DNA of 56,037 nt from an uncultured bacterium (GTDB lineage Bacteria > Latescibacterota > UBA2968 > UBA8231), in NCBI GenBank assembly GCA_937942165.1, contig CALDFW010000052.1, positions 1-56,037 on the forward strand, given 5' to 3'. The number at the start of each line of letters is the position of its first letter. Positions within the stretch are counted from its first letter, which is position 1. This document shows positions 18,836 through 29,562 of this stretch, one piece after another. The notes beneath the pieces were generated by a model, which saw only the letters and a program-made list of their open reading frames with translations, was not told the DNA's origin and ran no database searches. A program made the position numbers and the translations under genes.

Positions 18836-20298
18836 GTGAAAAGGTCCGTTATCCGCGCGTTTCCAGCTTTAAAAGCGCCGAAGCATTTCGTTTCCATCTG
18901 GCCTCGATTGGCGTGAAAATGGGCTGTGATGACGAAGTGATGAAAGCCCCTGAATCACCGCTTGCCGATGAATATACCTTGGGAGCGTTTACCGTGGGAA
19001 ATCGGTTTTGCATACAACCGATGGAGGGGTGGGACGGCACTGAGGACGGCGAGCCAACCGATTTGACGCGTAGGCGCTGGCAGAACTTTGGGTTGAGCGG
19101 CGCCAAGCTGATCTGGGGGGGAGAAGCTTTTGCCGTAGTGCCCGAAGGGCGGGCAAATCCAAACCAACTCATGGCACGCCCCGGTTCTCAGCAAGCCATG
19201 GCCGAGCTTAGAAAGATTTTGCTCGATGCACACGGAGAGGTGATGGACAGCACTGATGATGTGCTGCTGGGGCTGCAGCTGACGCATTCGGGGCGTTTCT
19301 GCCGTCCTTTCCGCAAAGATCGGATGGAGCCGGCTATTCTCTACCGTCACCCCATACTCGACGGCAAGTTTGGCCTAGACGATGACTATCCTCTCATGGA
19401 AGACAGCTATATTGACGACCTCATTGGTCACTATGTGCGCGGGGCTAAGCTAGCGTGGGAAGCGGGCTATCAATTTGTCGACGTCAAGCACTGCCACGGC
19501 TACCTTGGGCATGAGTTTCTCAGCGCCTACCAGCGCCCCGGTCCCTACGGCGGATCCTTTGAGAACCGCACGCGTTTCGCCCGGCAAATTATCGAAGGTA
19601 TTCGAATAGAAGCGCCAGGCCTGCAGGTGGGCGTGCGCCTAAGCGTCTTCGACTTTGTTCCGTTTCGACCCGACCCAGAAGGCGGTGATGAACGGCGCAT
19701 GGGCAGCGGTATTCCCGAAGATTTTGCCGCCGCGCTCCCCTATGAGTACGGCTTTGGTCTCGATCCCTCTGATCCACTGCGCGTCCATCTCGACGAGGCG
19801 TTTCAATTTATCGAGATGCTCAGTGGACTAGGCGTCGAACTCGTCAATATTTCCTGCGGCAGCCCCTATTACAACCCTCATATTCAACGTCCGGCTCTCT
19901 TCCCGCCCTCAGATGGCTATCAGCCGCCGGAGGATCCGCTCGTTGGCGTGGCGCGTCAGCTCGATGCCGTCGCCTCCGTAAAGGAGCGCTTCCCGCACTT
20001 GGCCGTAGTAGGGTCGGGATACTCCTATTTGCAAGAGTACTTACCGCACGTGGCACAGCACTACGTGCGTGCTAACAAAGTTGACTTCCCCGGGTTGGGC
20101 AGAATGGTGCTCTCCTATCCGGAGCTCCCGCGCGACGTCCTATCAGAGGGCAAGATGGCGCGAAAATTGATTTGCAGAACGTTTAGTGATTGCACGACTG
20201 CACCTCGCAACGGCATGGTGTCGGGATGCTTTCCGCTCGACGAATTCTACAAGGAGCGCGAAGAGGCAAGCGCGCTTAAAAAGCTGAAGGCGAGTTAG
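18832..20298 (+). CDS. NADH:flavin oxidoreductase (old yellow enzyme family)
   Basis: [42 protein letters not shown]. Confidence 0.88.
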   Translation: MSEKVRYPRVSSFKSAEAFRFHLASIGVKMGCDDEVMKAPESPLADEYTLGAFTVGNRFCIQPMEGWDGTEDGEPTDLTRRRWQNFGLSGAKLIWGGEAFAVVPEGRANPNQLMARPGSQQAMAELRKILLDAHGEVMDSTDDVLLGLQLTHSGRFCRPFRKDRMEPAILYRHPILDGKFGLDDDYPLMEDSYIDDLIGHYVRGAKLAWEAGYQFVDVKHCHGYLGHEFLSAYQRPGPYGGSFENRTRFARQIIEGIRIEAPGLQVGVRLSVFDFVPFRPDPEGGDERRMGSGIPEDFAAALPYEYGFGLDPSDPLRVHLDEAFQFIEMLSGLGVELVNISCGSPYYNPHIQRPALFPPSDGYQPPEDPLVGVARQLDAVASVKERFPHLAVVGSGYSYLQEYLPHVAQHYVRANKVDFPGLGRMVLSYPELPRDVLSEGKMARKLICRTFSDCTTAPRNGMVSGCFPLDEFYKEREEASALKKLKAS

Positions 20299-20303
20299 AC
20301 GCG

Positions 20304-21035
20304 ATGGGAGGCTTGGATGGAACCGTTGCCGTCGTCACAGGAGCGGGGACGGGAATCGGTCGCGCCGTCGTCTATACTCTGGTAGAAGCCGGTGCGCGAG
20401 TCCATATGTGGGGACGTCGCCTTGACGTCTTGCGCGACGCTGCTGATGAGCTCGATGCCGATCGGGTATGCCTAACAGGGTGTGACGTTTCCGACCGAGA
20501 CCAGGTGCGGGAAGCGGTCGACAGGGCGCTGGGGCATTGGGGAGAGGTAGGGCTCCTCGTCAATAACGCGGGTATCAATACGAACCCTCGGTCCGTAGCC
20601 GACGTAGATCCGTCCGATTGGGATCGCACGGTCGACATCAATCTGACCGGAGTGTTTAACGTCACGAGGGCGCTGTTGCCCTCGCTGCGATTACAGCGGT
20701 CTGGTACCGTTATCAACGTTGCATCGGTTGCTGGTTTGCGTGCGAGTAAAGTGGCAGGTGCCGCCTATTCAGCGACGAAACACGGCGTCGTTGCGCTGAG
20801 CAAACAGCTCAATGAGGAAGAGGTCGAAAACGGCATTCGCGCCTGTGCAATTTGCCCGGGTGAGGTAGAAACGCCGATACTCGACCAGCGAGTTGAGCCT
20901 GTAAGTGTCGCGCGCAGAGCGGCTATGCTGCAGCCTGAAGACGTCGCAGAAGCCGTGCGCTTTGTGGCTGCCTTACCCGGGCGCGCCTGCGTACCGCTCT
21001 TGGTTATCAAGCCCACCGTACAGTCTTTTAATTAA
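20304..21035 (+). CDS. Short-chain dehydrogenase/reductase
   Basis: TGAGTGIG, LVNNAG, AYSATK (YxxxK). Confidence 0.92.
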   Translation: MGGLDGTVAVVTGAGTGIGRAVVYTLVEAGARVHMWGRRLDVLRDAADELDADRVCLTGCDVSDRDQVREAVDRALGHWGEVGLLVNNAGINTNPRSVADVDPSDWDRTVDINLTGVFNVTRALLPSLRLQRSGTVINVASVAGLRASKVAGAAYSATKHGVVALSKQLNEEEVENGIRACAICPGEVETPILDQRVEPVSVARRAAMLQPEDVAEAVRFVAALPGRACVPLLVIKPTVQSFN

Positions 21036-21072
21036 ATCGATTATAGCTGGATAAGAGGGTCGTGCATGCCTA

Positions 21073-22182
21073 CTAGGTGAGGCCTTTTAGCCCGTGGCCC
21101 GACAGAATGGCGACGAGCTTTTTATCGGGACCGACCGGGTGTTTTTTGCAGTAGGTGCGTATACCTTGCCATACTACAGCCGAAGTAGGCTCTGTGCAAA
21201 GGCCTCCGCGGCCCAATGCCTCGAGCCCCTGTTCTATGGCCGCTTCTTCTACGGCTATAACGTCGCCGCCCGATGCGCGTAGGGCTGTCAAGAGCGCCCG
21301 GCCCCGGACCGGTTTGGGCAGAGCGATCCCCTCGGCGCGCGTTGTCTGTGGATTGGGGAAGGGCATCACGTCTTGCGCCTCCTGCAGCCAAGCGGCATAG
21401 AGTGGGGCGACGCGTTTCGCCTGTACGGCCACTAGCTGGGGTAATTTATCAATTGCACCAGCTGCGTGCATTCGGGAAAATCCCTCGTATAATCCAAGCA
21501 GAATGCTGCCGGCGCCGACAGGACAAAAAACAACTTCGGGCGCCTGCCAGTTCAGCTGCTCGACCAGCTCGAATGCCAGCGTTTGAATTCCGTATACAAA
21601 GAGGGGATTCCACAGGTGGGAAGCGTATACGGCATCGCTTTGGGCGATATGGTTGAGGAGGGCTTCGGTGGCTTTAGGTCGGGGCCCTTCGACTCGGACG
21701 AGTTCTGCGCCGTAGCGCGTTATTTGTGCGAGTTTCGCAGGCGAAGCAGAGGCAGGGCAGAAGACTTTCAGGTGAATTCCCGCTCTGGCTGCGTATGCTG
21801 CAATAGAGGCGCCCGCATTGCCTGAAGAATCTTCTACGGCTTCTCGTACGCCGCGCTGCTGTAAAAAACGTACAAGTAGGGCGGAACCGCGATCTTTATA
21901 GGATCCAGTGGGCTGAGCCTGATCGCATTTGAGCAGAACAGAATGTCCGTCCACGTCGAAGGGCACGAGCGGTGAGAGGACTTCTCCCAAGGACAGCTCG
22001 CCCGCCCATTCGGGGAGGGCTTCAGCATAGCGCCAGGGCGTGGGTGGACGCAGCGCAAGGTGCTCCTTGGGGAAAGATGCCGGCTCTAGTCGACAGGCGA
22101 GGGGACCGCTGCAAGAGGGGCAGCAATAAACGCGCAGGGGGTCGGCTACAGGACTGCTGCACTGTGGGCAGTACAGATCCAT
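21073..22182 (-). CDS. Threonine synthase-like PLP enzyme (fold type II)
   Basis: N-terminal CxxC..CxxC; PTGSYKDRG; EDSSGNAGAS; PVGAGS; EPTSA; SGHGLK. Confidence 0.8.
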   Translation of the reverse strand: MDLYCPQCSSPVADPLRVYCCPSCSGPLACRLEPASFPKEHLALRPPTPWRYAEALPEWAGELSLGEVLSPLVPFDVDGHSVLLKCDQAQPTGSYKDRGSALLVRFLQQRGVREAVEDSSGNAGASIAAYAARAGIHLKVFCPASASPAKLAQITRYGAELVRVEGPRPKATEALLNHIAQSDAVYASHLWNPLFVYGIQTLAFELVEQLNWQAPEVVFCPVGAGSILLGLYEGFSRMHAAGAIDKLPQLVAVQAKRVAPLYAAWLQEAQDVMPFPNPQTTRAEGIALPKPVRGRALLTALRASGGDVIAVEEAAIEQGLEALGRGGLCTEPTSAVVWQGIRTYCKKHPVGPDKKLVAILSGHGLKGLT

Positions 22183-22185
22183 TTA

Positions 22186-23475
22186 TCAGACCGCCGCCAG
22201 TGCGCTGCGGGTGCCCTCGATATCGAAACAGGCGAGTTGGTTTTCGCGCATTAATCGCTGCGCTAAAGCCATTGCTTGGGGCTCGTTTAAGAATCCGTTG
22301 TCGATCTCTGCCTGTAGGGATCGGTTTAACCAGCGTCGTGCTTGAATGGCATAGGCTGCCGATGATGTAGGCCAGCTCGTATCCCCTCCAAAGGCAAAGA
22401 GTTTGTTGGCAGGAGCGGCGTGGATAAACTGCCGCACAAAGTGCGACGAGGAGAATGGGTCGATGGACCAGGCCCAGCATAGGTCAGCCCAGACGTTTTG
22501 ATAGTGTTTTACTAGCCCGATTAGTTCGCCGCTGTAGGGGTATGAGATGTGCATAAGAACAAATCGGCAGTCTAAGTAGCGAGCCAGGAGCGGGCAGAGA
22601 TGGCCGCTGCGAATTCGATCGACGGGCATATTGTTATTGCCGGCGTAATAGCCCGTATGGATTTTAAAGGGCAGATCGTATTCTATGGCCAATTCGACGC
22701 CGCGTGCCCAGCACCAATCGCCGAGTAAGAGGCGATCCTTCTCCGTTAGCGTATCGCCCCTTAACGACTGGATCAGCACGCGTTCGGCGTCGTCATCGCT
22801 GCGCTCCTCCCAGCGCAGCGTGCGGTTATAAGCATGCTGCGCTTTTACCGCGATAGCGCATCGCCCATGCCGGGCAAAGAGAGCCTGCATGGCTTGGCGC
22901 AGCGAGGTGAGGTTGGTGACCTCAATGTCGGTCTCCTCGTGAAGGGTGGCAGCGTCGATCTGACCGCTGCAGAAACCTGCCCAGGATAGATCGTAGAGAA
23001 AGAAGTCGCGGCCCGAAGGATCCGGCGGGCAGGGCCAGCAAAAATCATCCGTCTGCACGTGGTCGAGACGGGCTTTATCCCGCAGTAGGTGTAAACGGCC
23101 GCCGGGCTGGCGCCATTCGAGCAGCTGCGTCTGGGCACGCTCTAGGGACGCGCCGCTGAAATCGTCTATGCCGTAGATTTCGTTGGCCAGAATAGAGACG
23201 GCCTCACCATAGCCGGTGTGCTGAACGGCCTCCCAAGCGCTCTGTATTCCGGAGAATCGAGCCGAGAAATCCTTGTTATTCGCATCGTTGAGCGCCTGCA
23301 TGGCCTCCGGTGTTGCTCCCGCGGAGATTAAATCGGCGGGAATGTAATTGCCGAAGAGGTCTTGCAGGATGTCGGGGCCACGATCGGTCCAATCGTCCTC
23401 TTTTCGCAGGTGCTCGTGAGTATCAACCAGTGCTGTTTCTTCGATAGACTGCTCTAAGTCGGTTTTCATTAGCAT
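22186..23475 (-). CDS. Amidohydrolase-superfamily protein
   Basis: DTHEH, KIHTG, LMH, FGGD metal-ligand pattern. Confidence 0.8.
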   Translation of the reverse strand: MLMKTDLEQSIEETALVDTHEHLRKEDDWTDRGPDILQDLFGNYIPADLISAGATPEAMQALNDANNKDFSARFSGIQSAWEAVQHTGYGEAVSILANEIYGIDDFSGASLERAQTQLLEWRQPGGRLHLLRDKARLDHVQTDDFCWPCPPDPSGRDFFLYDLSWAGFCSGQIDAATLHEETDIEVTNLTSLRQAMQALFARHGRCAIAVKAQHAYNRTLRWEERSDDDAERVLIQSLRGDTLTEKDRLLLGDWCWARGVELAIEYDLPFKIHTGYYAGNNNMPVDRIRSGHLCPLLARYLDCRFVLMHISYPYSGELIGLVKHYQNVWADLCWAWSIDPFSSSHFVRQFIHAAPANKLFAFGGDTSWPTSSAAYAIQARRWLNRSLQAEIDNGFLNEPQAMALAQRLMRENQLACFDIEGTRSALAAV

Positions 23476-23532
23476 GCTTTATTTGAAGGGGCATTGCTGC
23501 CTATTTGATGGGGTGCGCAGTTCTGACCGGTG

Positions 23533-23561
23533 ATGATATTGCGCAGGTCTCAGTATGTCAA
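23533..23561 (-). promoter_or_regulatory. Sigma70 promoter for the amidohydrolase/threonine-synthase-like genes
   Basis: Minus strand TTGACA-17 nt-TATCAT. Confidence 0.65.
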
Positions 23562-23569
23562 TAAGGGGG

Positions 23570-23598
23570 TTGTGCGCCTCCGTGTCGGATTCTATAAT
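23570..23598 (+). promoter_or_regulatory. Sigma70 promoter for the DUF2231 gene (back-to-back with the previous promoter)
   Basis: TTGTGC-17 nt-TATAAT. Confidence 0.5.
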
Positions 23599-23607
23599 GG
23601 AGCCACT

Positions 23608-24039
23608 ATGGATATACATCCGCTCGTTGTGCACTTTCCAATCGCATTGATACCTCTCGGTGCCGTGCTCGATCTGTATGCGCTGTGGCGCGGGGGCAGG
23701 CTTTGGCACCAATTTGCCTATACGACAATTGTCGCGGGCGTATTATTTGCCATGGTTGCTGTGCTGACGGGCAATGCCGCCGCCGCAGATCACTGGGAAA
23801 AGAGTGAGGTTGCAGGCGTCCTGTCTACGCATGAAGACTGGGCCACAGGGACGCTTTTCTGTGGATTGCTTCTGGTATTGGGGCGATTGCCGCTCCAACT
23901 GAAAGGCGATGCTGAACAGAGGAGATGGGCTCTGTGGACAGCGGGATCAGCCGTCGCCGGTGTGCTTGTATTAGCTACGGCTTACTTCGGCGGCGTGCTG
24001 GTATATGAATACGGCGTAGGAGTGCAGGTCGGAGGCTGA
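23608..24039 (+). CDS. DUF2231 family membrane protein
   Basis: HPLVVHFPIAL, TG....A, H...A, GG.LVY..GVG; four TM segments. Confidence 0.85.
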   Translation: MDIHPLVVHFPIALIPLGAVLDLYALWRGGRLWHQFAYTTIVAGVLFAMVAVLTGNAAAADHWEKSEVAGVLSTHEDWATGTLFCGLLLVLGRLPLQLKGDAEQRRWALWTAGSAVAGVLVLATAYFGGVLVYEYGVGVQVGG

Positions 24040-24045
24040 ACAGCC

Positions 24046-25431
24046 TTATTGGTTAACCTGAGTCGGTAGATGCGTTGCCAATTCGGGATAAAACCACAGC
24101 GATAGTAAGAGAATGCACTGTAAGCCGATAAAGGGAATGGCACCTCGATAAATCTGCGGTGTGCTGATGGCGGCAGGGGCCACTCCGCGCAGATAAAACA
24201 GGGAGAATCCGAAGGGTGGCGTCAAAAAAGAGGTTTGTAGGTTGAGGGCAATCATGACGCCAAACCAGATGGGGTCGAGTCCCATGCCCAGTAAGACGGG
24301 TCCTACGATCGGCACTACGACAAAAATAATTTCAAAGAAATCTAGAAAAAAGCCGAGCAGGAACATGGCGACCATGACTACGAGAAAAGATACGGCTACG
24401 CCTCCATCCATACTTTGCAAGTGATGTGCTACAATGTCGTCGCCTCCGTAGCCGCGGAACACAAGTGAGAAGAAAGACGCCCCAACGAGAATTGTGAAAA
24501 CCATGGCGTTGATCTTGGTCGTTGAACGCATGACATCGCGGAGTACGTCTCGGGTAAAATGCCCCTTGAGTTTCGAAAGCAGCATGGCGCCAACGGCACC
24601 TACTGAAGCTGCCTCTGTGGGCGTTGCTATGCCGAAAAGAATAGAACCGAGCACGCCGGTAATTAGAGCGAGCGGTGGGGCCAAGACTCTAATGAGATGG
24701 CGTAAGAAGGTGAGGTTGGCTACGTCCTGGCGTTCGTTTTGGGGAAGGGGTGGGACCGCTTCGGGCCGCAACAAGCCTAGGCCGACTATATAGAGAATAT
24801 AAAGTGCCATCAGCAGTATGCCGGGCACCAGTGCCCCAAGAAACAGGTCGCCTACAGAGATTGAAGTGGGAGAGAAATTGCCCAATTTGAGCTGGGCCTG
24901 CTGATGAGCAGATGAAACGACGTCTCCTAGGATCACCAGTACGATGCTCGGAGGTATGATCTGACCCAGCGTGCCCGAGGCGCAAATAATGCCTGTGGAA
25001 AGCTCGGGCGAGTAGTTTCTGCGCTGCATTGCAGGTAGGGAGATCAACCCCATCGTTACCACGGTTGCGCCGACGATGCCCGTTGAGGCGGCGAGTAAGC
25101 CGCCTACGAGGCAAACGGAAATGCCCAGACCGCCCCGCAGACCGCCAAAGAGCTGTGACATGCTCTCGAGCAGGTCCTCCGCTATTTTTGCTCGCTCCAA
25201 CACAACGCCCATAAAGACGAAAAGCGGCACAGCAATGAGGGTTTCATTACTCATAATGCCGTAGATACGCGAGGGCAATGCAGATAAAAAGGCACTGTCG
25301 AAGTGTCCGGTTAGCAGCCCAAGGCCCGCAAATATCAGGGCCGTACCGGCCAGACAGAACGCCACAGGAAAACCGGAAAGAAGTACGATAAAGGTGGCCA
25401 CGAACATGGCCACGGGATAGAGTTCGTTCAT
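24046..25431 (-). CDS. dctM: TRAP transporter large permease
   Basis: LIAVPLFVFMG, AASTGIVGA, SGTLGQIIPPS, TPTEA, LQTSFLTPPFG. Confidence 0.92.
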   Translation of the reverse strand: MNELYPVAMFVATFIVLLSGFPVAFCLAGTALIFAGLGLLTGHFDSAFLSALPSRIYGIMSNETLIAVPLFVFMGVVLERAKIAEDLLESMSQLFGGLRGGLGISVCLVGGLLAASTGIVGATVVTMGLISLPAMQRRNYSPELSTGIICASGTLGQIIPPSIVLVILGDVVSSAHQQAQLKLGNFSPTSISVGDLFLGALVPGILLMALYILYIVGLGLLRPEAVPPLPQNERQDVANLTFLRHLIRVLAPPLALITGVLGSILFGIATPTEAASVGAVGAMLLSKLKGHFTRDVLRDVMRSTTKINAMVFTILVGASFFSLVFRGYGGDDIVAHHLQSMDGGVAVSFLVVMVAMFLLGFFLDFFEIIFVVVPIVGPVLLGMGLDPIWFGVMIALNLQTSFLTPPFGFSLFYLRGVAPAAISTPQIYRGAIPFIGLQCILLLSLWFYPELATHLPTQVNQ

Positions 25432-25907
25432 GAATCACTGCGTAGCGTAGAGATACACTGACGAATCGTTGCGAGGGCCTGCGCAAAGAGCAGAAGGCAG
25501 AAAAGCGGTATGGCCGTTTTGAGGAGAAAGACCGCCTCCAAACCACCGCCGTCTTTAGATCCTTCTAAAACGGACCAAGAGGCAATCACGTAGGGATAGG
25601 AATGATAGGAGAGCACGGCGCACATAGGCATGAGCAGAAATAAGCTACCCAGTAAGTTGATCCAAGCCTTTCGCCGGGGAGAAGCTGGGCGATAGAGAAT
25701 ATCTACGCGGACGTGCTCATCGCGCGCCAGCGCGTATCCGGCGGCCAGTAAAAATGTGAACGCGTGTAGGTAGATCACGATCTCCTGCATCCACACCCAG
25801 CCACGCTCAAATGCGTAGCGCAGCACAACGATAACAAAGGTGACCAGAACCATACCTAGCGTACACCAAGGGATGGTGCGGCCGATAAACCGATTGATGC
25901 GCTCCAT
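25428..25907 (-). CDS. dctQ: TRAP transporter small permease
   Basis: VVLRY, QE, YAL..DEHVRVD; four TM segments; between dctP and dctM. Confidence 0.9.
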   Translation of the reverse strand: MERINRFIGRTIPWCTLGMVLVTFVIVVLRYAFERGWVWMQEIVIYLHAFTFLLAAGYALARDEHVRVDILYRPASPRRKAWINLLGSLFLLMPMCAVLSYHSYPYVIASWSVLEGSKDGGGLEAVFLLKTAIPLFCLLLFAQALATIRQCISTLRSDS

Positions 25908-27034
25908 CAGGCTTCAGTGAGCGCGCGGGCCATCGTGTACGCTTCCTCGGAAATGCGCGTGTAGGACACAGACTGACTGCGGTAGGCGTTAAAGGATGCA
26001 TAGACGCTGTTTGAGAGCGGATCCTTGGCGGCAATTTCACCTACTACGTCACGCGCGACGCGTCCTATTTCGGTGAGCACGTCGTCCGAAAAGCGCTTTA
26101 GCTGCACTCCGTGTTTCTCGACTAGCGTCTTGAGTGCAACTCCGTTTCGAGTAGTAAATTCCGCGAGCATATTTTCGTTGGTTGACTGACAGGCGTGCCG
26201 CACAATGTGCTGCAGATCAGTCGGTAGGGACTCCCAAGCGGTTCGGTTGATCATTGCTTCCATCGCAGTGCCCGGTTCGTGCCAGCCGGGCCAGTAGTAA
26301 TATTTTGCCGCCTGGTGAAAACCAAATGCGAGGTCATTGTACGGGCCAACCCATTCCGTAGCGTCGATGGCACCCGTTTTGAGTGCTTGAAATATTTCCC
26401 CGCCGGGCAGGTTTTGCACCGTTGCGTTAAGGCGACGGAGCACTTCTCCGCCTAGTCCAGGCATGCGCATGACGAGCCCGGAGAAGTCGTCGAGAGCGTT
26501 AATTTCCCTGTTAAACCAGCCGCCCATTTGCACGCCGGTATTGCCAGCGGGAAAAGCCTTCAGGCCAAAACCTGCATACAGCTCGTCCCACAGTTCTTGG
26601 CCTCCGCCATAGCTGAGCCAGCCGTTGATTTCTTGCGCTGTTAAACCGAAAGGAACTGCAGAGAAAAACTGTGTTGCCTCGTGCTTCCCCTTCCAATAAT
26701 AGGCGCTGGCATGGCCCATTTCGGCAGTGCCGCCTGCGACGCCGTCAAAGACGCCCATGGCCGGAACGAGTTCGCCCGCTCCATATACCTTGACTTCTAA
26801 TTGGCCGCCTGACATGTCCCCGATGGTTTGGGCTAGGCGGTTGGCGCCTGTACCTAATCCCGGAAAGTCTTTGGGCCAGGTCGTAACCATCTTCCACTTG
26901 AAGTTTTTGCGTGTTTGAATAGAGGGCGCATTTCCCTCCTGAGCCTGACCGCAGGCTACCAGAGCGGCTGAAGCGGCCAGCGGCGCTTTGCGCAGAAAGG
27001 AGCGGCGCGAAGATCTAATGGGCTTTTCCGACAT
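25907..27034 (-). CDS. dctP: TRAP substrate-binding protein (TakP/alpha-keto-acid type), Tat-exported
   Basis: SRRSFL Tat motif; WKMVTTWPK, AYYWKGK, GNTGVQMGGWF, MRMPG, EWVGP, PGWHEP. Confidence 0.9.
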   Translation of the reverse strand: MSEKPIRSSRRSFLRKAPLAASAALVACGQAQEGNAPSIQTRKNFKWKMVTTWPKDFPGLGTGANRLAQTIGDMSGGQLEVKVYGAGELVPAMGVFDGVAGGTAEMGHASAYYWKGKHEATQFFSAVPFGLTAQEINGWLSYGGGQELWDELYAGFGLKAFPAGNTGVQMGGWFNREINALDDFSGLVMRMPGLGGEVLRRLNATVQNLPGGEIFQALKTGAIDATEWVGPYNDLAFGFHQAAKYYYWPGWHEPGTAMEAMINRTAWESLPTDLQHIVRHACQSTNENMLAEFTTRNGVALKTLVEKHGVQLKRFSDDVLTEIGRVARDVVGEIAAKDPLSNSVYASFNAYRSQSVSYTRISEEAYTMARALTEA

Positions 27035-27079
27035 AGTATTTCACTCTCAGTGCTGACGTTATGAGGTAGGTGCGTCTTT

Positions 27080-27760
27080 CTAACTAGGTCTAATGAGTCG
27101 ACAGCTGCCGTCTTCTGCTCCTACAATGACCAGATCTGTCAGGCCAATAAACAGGCCGTTTTCGACCACGCCTGTCAGGGCGTTGATCCAGCGGTCGCAG
27201 TCGGTCGCCTGATCGATGCCGGATGGGAATGTGCAGTCGATAATGAAATTTCCGTTGTCAGTTTCAAACGGCGCCCCGTCTGTTCCTTTGCGCAGAGCCG
27301 GCTGCAGGTCTCTCTCTGTCAGGGCGCGTTGAATAAGGGGCCAGGCGAAGGGGATAACCTCAATGGGGAGAGGAGCCTTTGTGCCCAGGCGTTGGACGAG
27401 CTTTGAATCGTCTACGATTATAATTTGCTCTCGGGTTGCTGAGGCGACAATTTTTTCGCGTAGGAGTGCACCGCCCAATCCCTTGATGAGGCTGAGTTGG
27501 GGGTCGACCTCGTCCGCACCATCGATGGTTAGGTCGACGACTGGGTGCGCTTCTAACGTGGCGACGCGTATGCCGAGTGATTCGGCCAAATTGGTCGAAG
27601 CAATAGAGGTCGATACGGCCGTTATTTCTAGGCCTTCTGCTGCGCGTTTTCCCAGGGCGCGTATGGCAAATTCAGCCGTCGAGCCCGTTCCGAGACCAAC
27701 AATCATACCGTCCTGAGCGAATTCAGCAGCCCGGTTTCCTGCCACTTCTTTGGCGTTCAT
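27080..27760 (-). CDS. rpiA: Ribose-5-phosphate isomerase A
   Basis: GLGTGST, DGADEVD, IKGLGGALLREKIVA, TDNGN, GVVENGLF. Confidence 0.96.
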   Translation of the reverse strand: MNAKEVAGNRAAEFAQDGMIVGLGTGSTAEFAIRALGKRAAEGLEITAVSTSIASTNLAESLGIRVATLEAHPVVDLTIDGADEVDPQLSLIKGLGGALLREKIVASATREQIIIVDDSKLVQRLGTKAPLPIEVIPFAWPLIQRALTERDLQPALRKGTDGAPFETDNGNFIIDCTFPSGIDQATDCDRWINALTGVVENGLFIGLTDLVIVGAEDGSCRLIRPS

Positions 27761-28239
27761 TGAGCATCCTTCTGTAGTCGCATGACGTAGTGAATCTGGT
27801 GGGCGACTTCTTCGAAGCCTACGTCTGGATAGAGATGAGATCCTATGGGGTTCTGGGCCAGCGTCTCAATCTTGGCGCACTCCATGCCCTCACTGCGCAT
27901 AAAATCGATCGCGTGTTCCAGAAGGTGGCGGCCAATACCCCTACCTTGGAGATCAGGATCTACCGCAATATTTGGAATGCCGCCGATCTTACTCTCGCGA
28001 TCGATTCGAGTCGTCACGTAGCCTCCCACGCGGCCGTTTTCTTCCCACACAAAGACGCCTCGTGCTCGCTCTCCGGACACGTCATCATCGATGTGGCGGA
28101 GCTTGCGCCAGAGCCAATCGCGGTCGCCCACGCGGCCAAATCGCTCTTCGATATTGCGATCTATAGAGACGCCGTCAAAGCATACGGCCGTGATTTCTTT
28201 GATTCGTGCTAGGTCTTTTTCTTCGTACGGTCTAATCAT
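27757..28239 (-). CDS. GNAT acetyltransferase
   Basis: NIAVDPDLQGRGIG acetyl-CoA motif A; N....LY...GF. Confidence 0.85.
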   Translation of the reverse strand: MIRPYEEKDLARIKEITAVCFDGVSIDRNIEERFGRVGDRDWLWRKLRHIDDDVSGERARGVFVWEENGRVGGYVTTRIDRESKIGGIPNIAVDPDLQGRGIGRHLLEHAIDFMRSEGMECAKIETLAQNPIGSHLYPDVGFEEVAHQIHYVMRLQKDAQ

Positions 28240-28271
28240 AACGGTGGATAATATGGCTTCTGCACCTGCTG

Positions 28272-29468
28272 TCAGCAAGCGCGTTGGGAAGGCGCTTGTC
28301 GCGTCTCCAGGGTGGATGCCTGCCAAAGTGCGTCAACGAGAAATTTTGTGCCCCAGTTTAGTATGGCATGCGGGACATAGGCACCCCTAATGGGATGTGA
28401 AGATGGCAAGCCGCCGCGGATGCCAGGATGGCGACGATCCAGTGGATGATGGGTTTTAAGGCGATCAATAAGGGTGCGTGCCGCATCCGCCATCGTGTCT
28501 CCAGAGTCGGCTGATAGGGCCAGAAGGACGAGCGCTAGCTGGGCGTTTCCGGTAAGGCACATATGCGAGGCGCGCGCCTGCCACTCGCTGTCCAACGCGC
28601 CGGCTAAGTAGCCCGTTTGGCCGATCGTAGGATGGCGTTCCATAATCTCGTTAACCGACTGCTGTACGGCCTGTTTGGCGTGCGTTCCCGATGGACCCAA
28701 GAGGCGGGCACATTCGAGAAGGCCGCGCAGGGTGTAGGAGATGGTATGGGTGATGGGCACCTCGTCTGGGACGAGTGCCATATGCGGAAAAAAGCCGTTT
28801 TCTAACTGCTGCGGCAAGAGCCACTCAATAAAGGCGAGCGCGCTCTTCCGATAGCGCTCGTCTCCGCTGAGGTCAAAGACTTCCAGCAGCGGCCATGCAA
28901 CGCGACTGTGATAGGCGCGGGGGGCCTCCAGGTAGGTTGACCGAACCCATTTGCCATCTGGGTCCTGCGCGTCTACCAACCAATCGGCGGCTCGCATGGC
29001 TGCGGATAGATAGCGTTCGTCCTTCGTGTGTCGGAAGAGCGAGGTCCATCCCAAGATAACTTGGCCCGTGTTGAACACGATGGGATAGGTGTTGAGGCCA
29101 ATGCCGCCGCGCACGGCTCCCGAGGGCAACTGTACGTCTATTTCCCAGTTCCCCATGCGGCAGGCCCTGTCTTCAAGGGAAGGTTCCAAACTCCGGCAGG
29201 CCAAGAAGGTGGGTATGATATAGCCCGTTGTTTCTGGGTAGGCGGGCATCCACCCGCGGCGTAAAAAGTAGCCGGCAGAGACGCCCTGTCCGCCGCAGGC
29301 ATCGTGTGCTCGGCAAAGCCAGGCCAAAGCGGCTTGTATGTGGTCTCGATCTGAGTGCGAAGAGAATGGTTTACTCTGTTGGACAAGCGTACTCCAGTGG
29401 CTGGGGTGGCTCACTAGGTGGAGTTGCTCATAGAGGGAGACGGCAAATTGCTTGGCTGTACGGGCCAT
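28272..29468 (-). CDS. (alpha/alpha)6-barrel, prenyltransferase/squalene-cyclase-repeat-like protein typical of glycan loci
   Basis: AYPETTGYIIPT, QLPSGA, FNTGQV, ADWLVDAQDPDGKW, HTISYTLRGL (QxxDGxW-type repeats). Confidence 0.6.
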   Translation of the reverse strand: MARTAKQFAVSLYEQLHLVSHPSHWSTLVQQSKPFSSHSDRDHIQAALAWLCRAHDACGGQGVSAGYFLRRGWMPAYPETTGYIIPTFLACRSLEPSLEDRACRMGNWEIDVQLPSGAVRGGIGLNTYPIVFNTGQVILGWTSLFRHTKDERYLSAAMRAADWLVDAQDPDGKWVRSTYLEAPRAYHSRVAWPLLEVFDLSGDERYRKSALAFIEWLLPQQLENGFFPHMALVPDEVPITHTISYTLRGLLECARLLGPSGTHAKQAVQQSVNEIMERHPTIGQTGYLAGALDSEWQARASHMCLTGNAQLALVLLALSADSGDTMADAARTLIDRLKTHHPLDRRHPGIRGGLPSSHPIRGAYVPHAILNWGTKFLVDALWQASTLETRQAPSQRAC

Positions 29469-29562
29469 GTCAAATTGACTGTTGCGCGGGTGAATGCTCT
29501 TTGCAAGGAAAGAGATAACATAATATTTTTCAGTGTATTATGGTAGACTATTCATTCACGCG

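Noticed and set aside
28272-29468. Squalene-hopene cyclase
   Set aside because: Only about 400 aa with one barrel and no DxDD motif.
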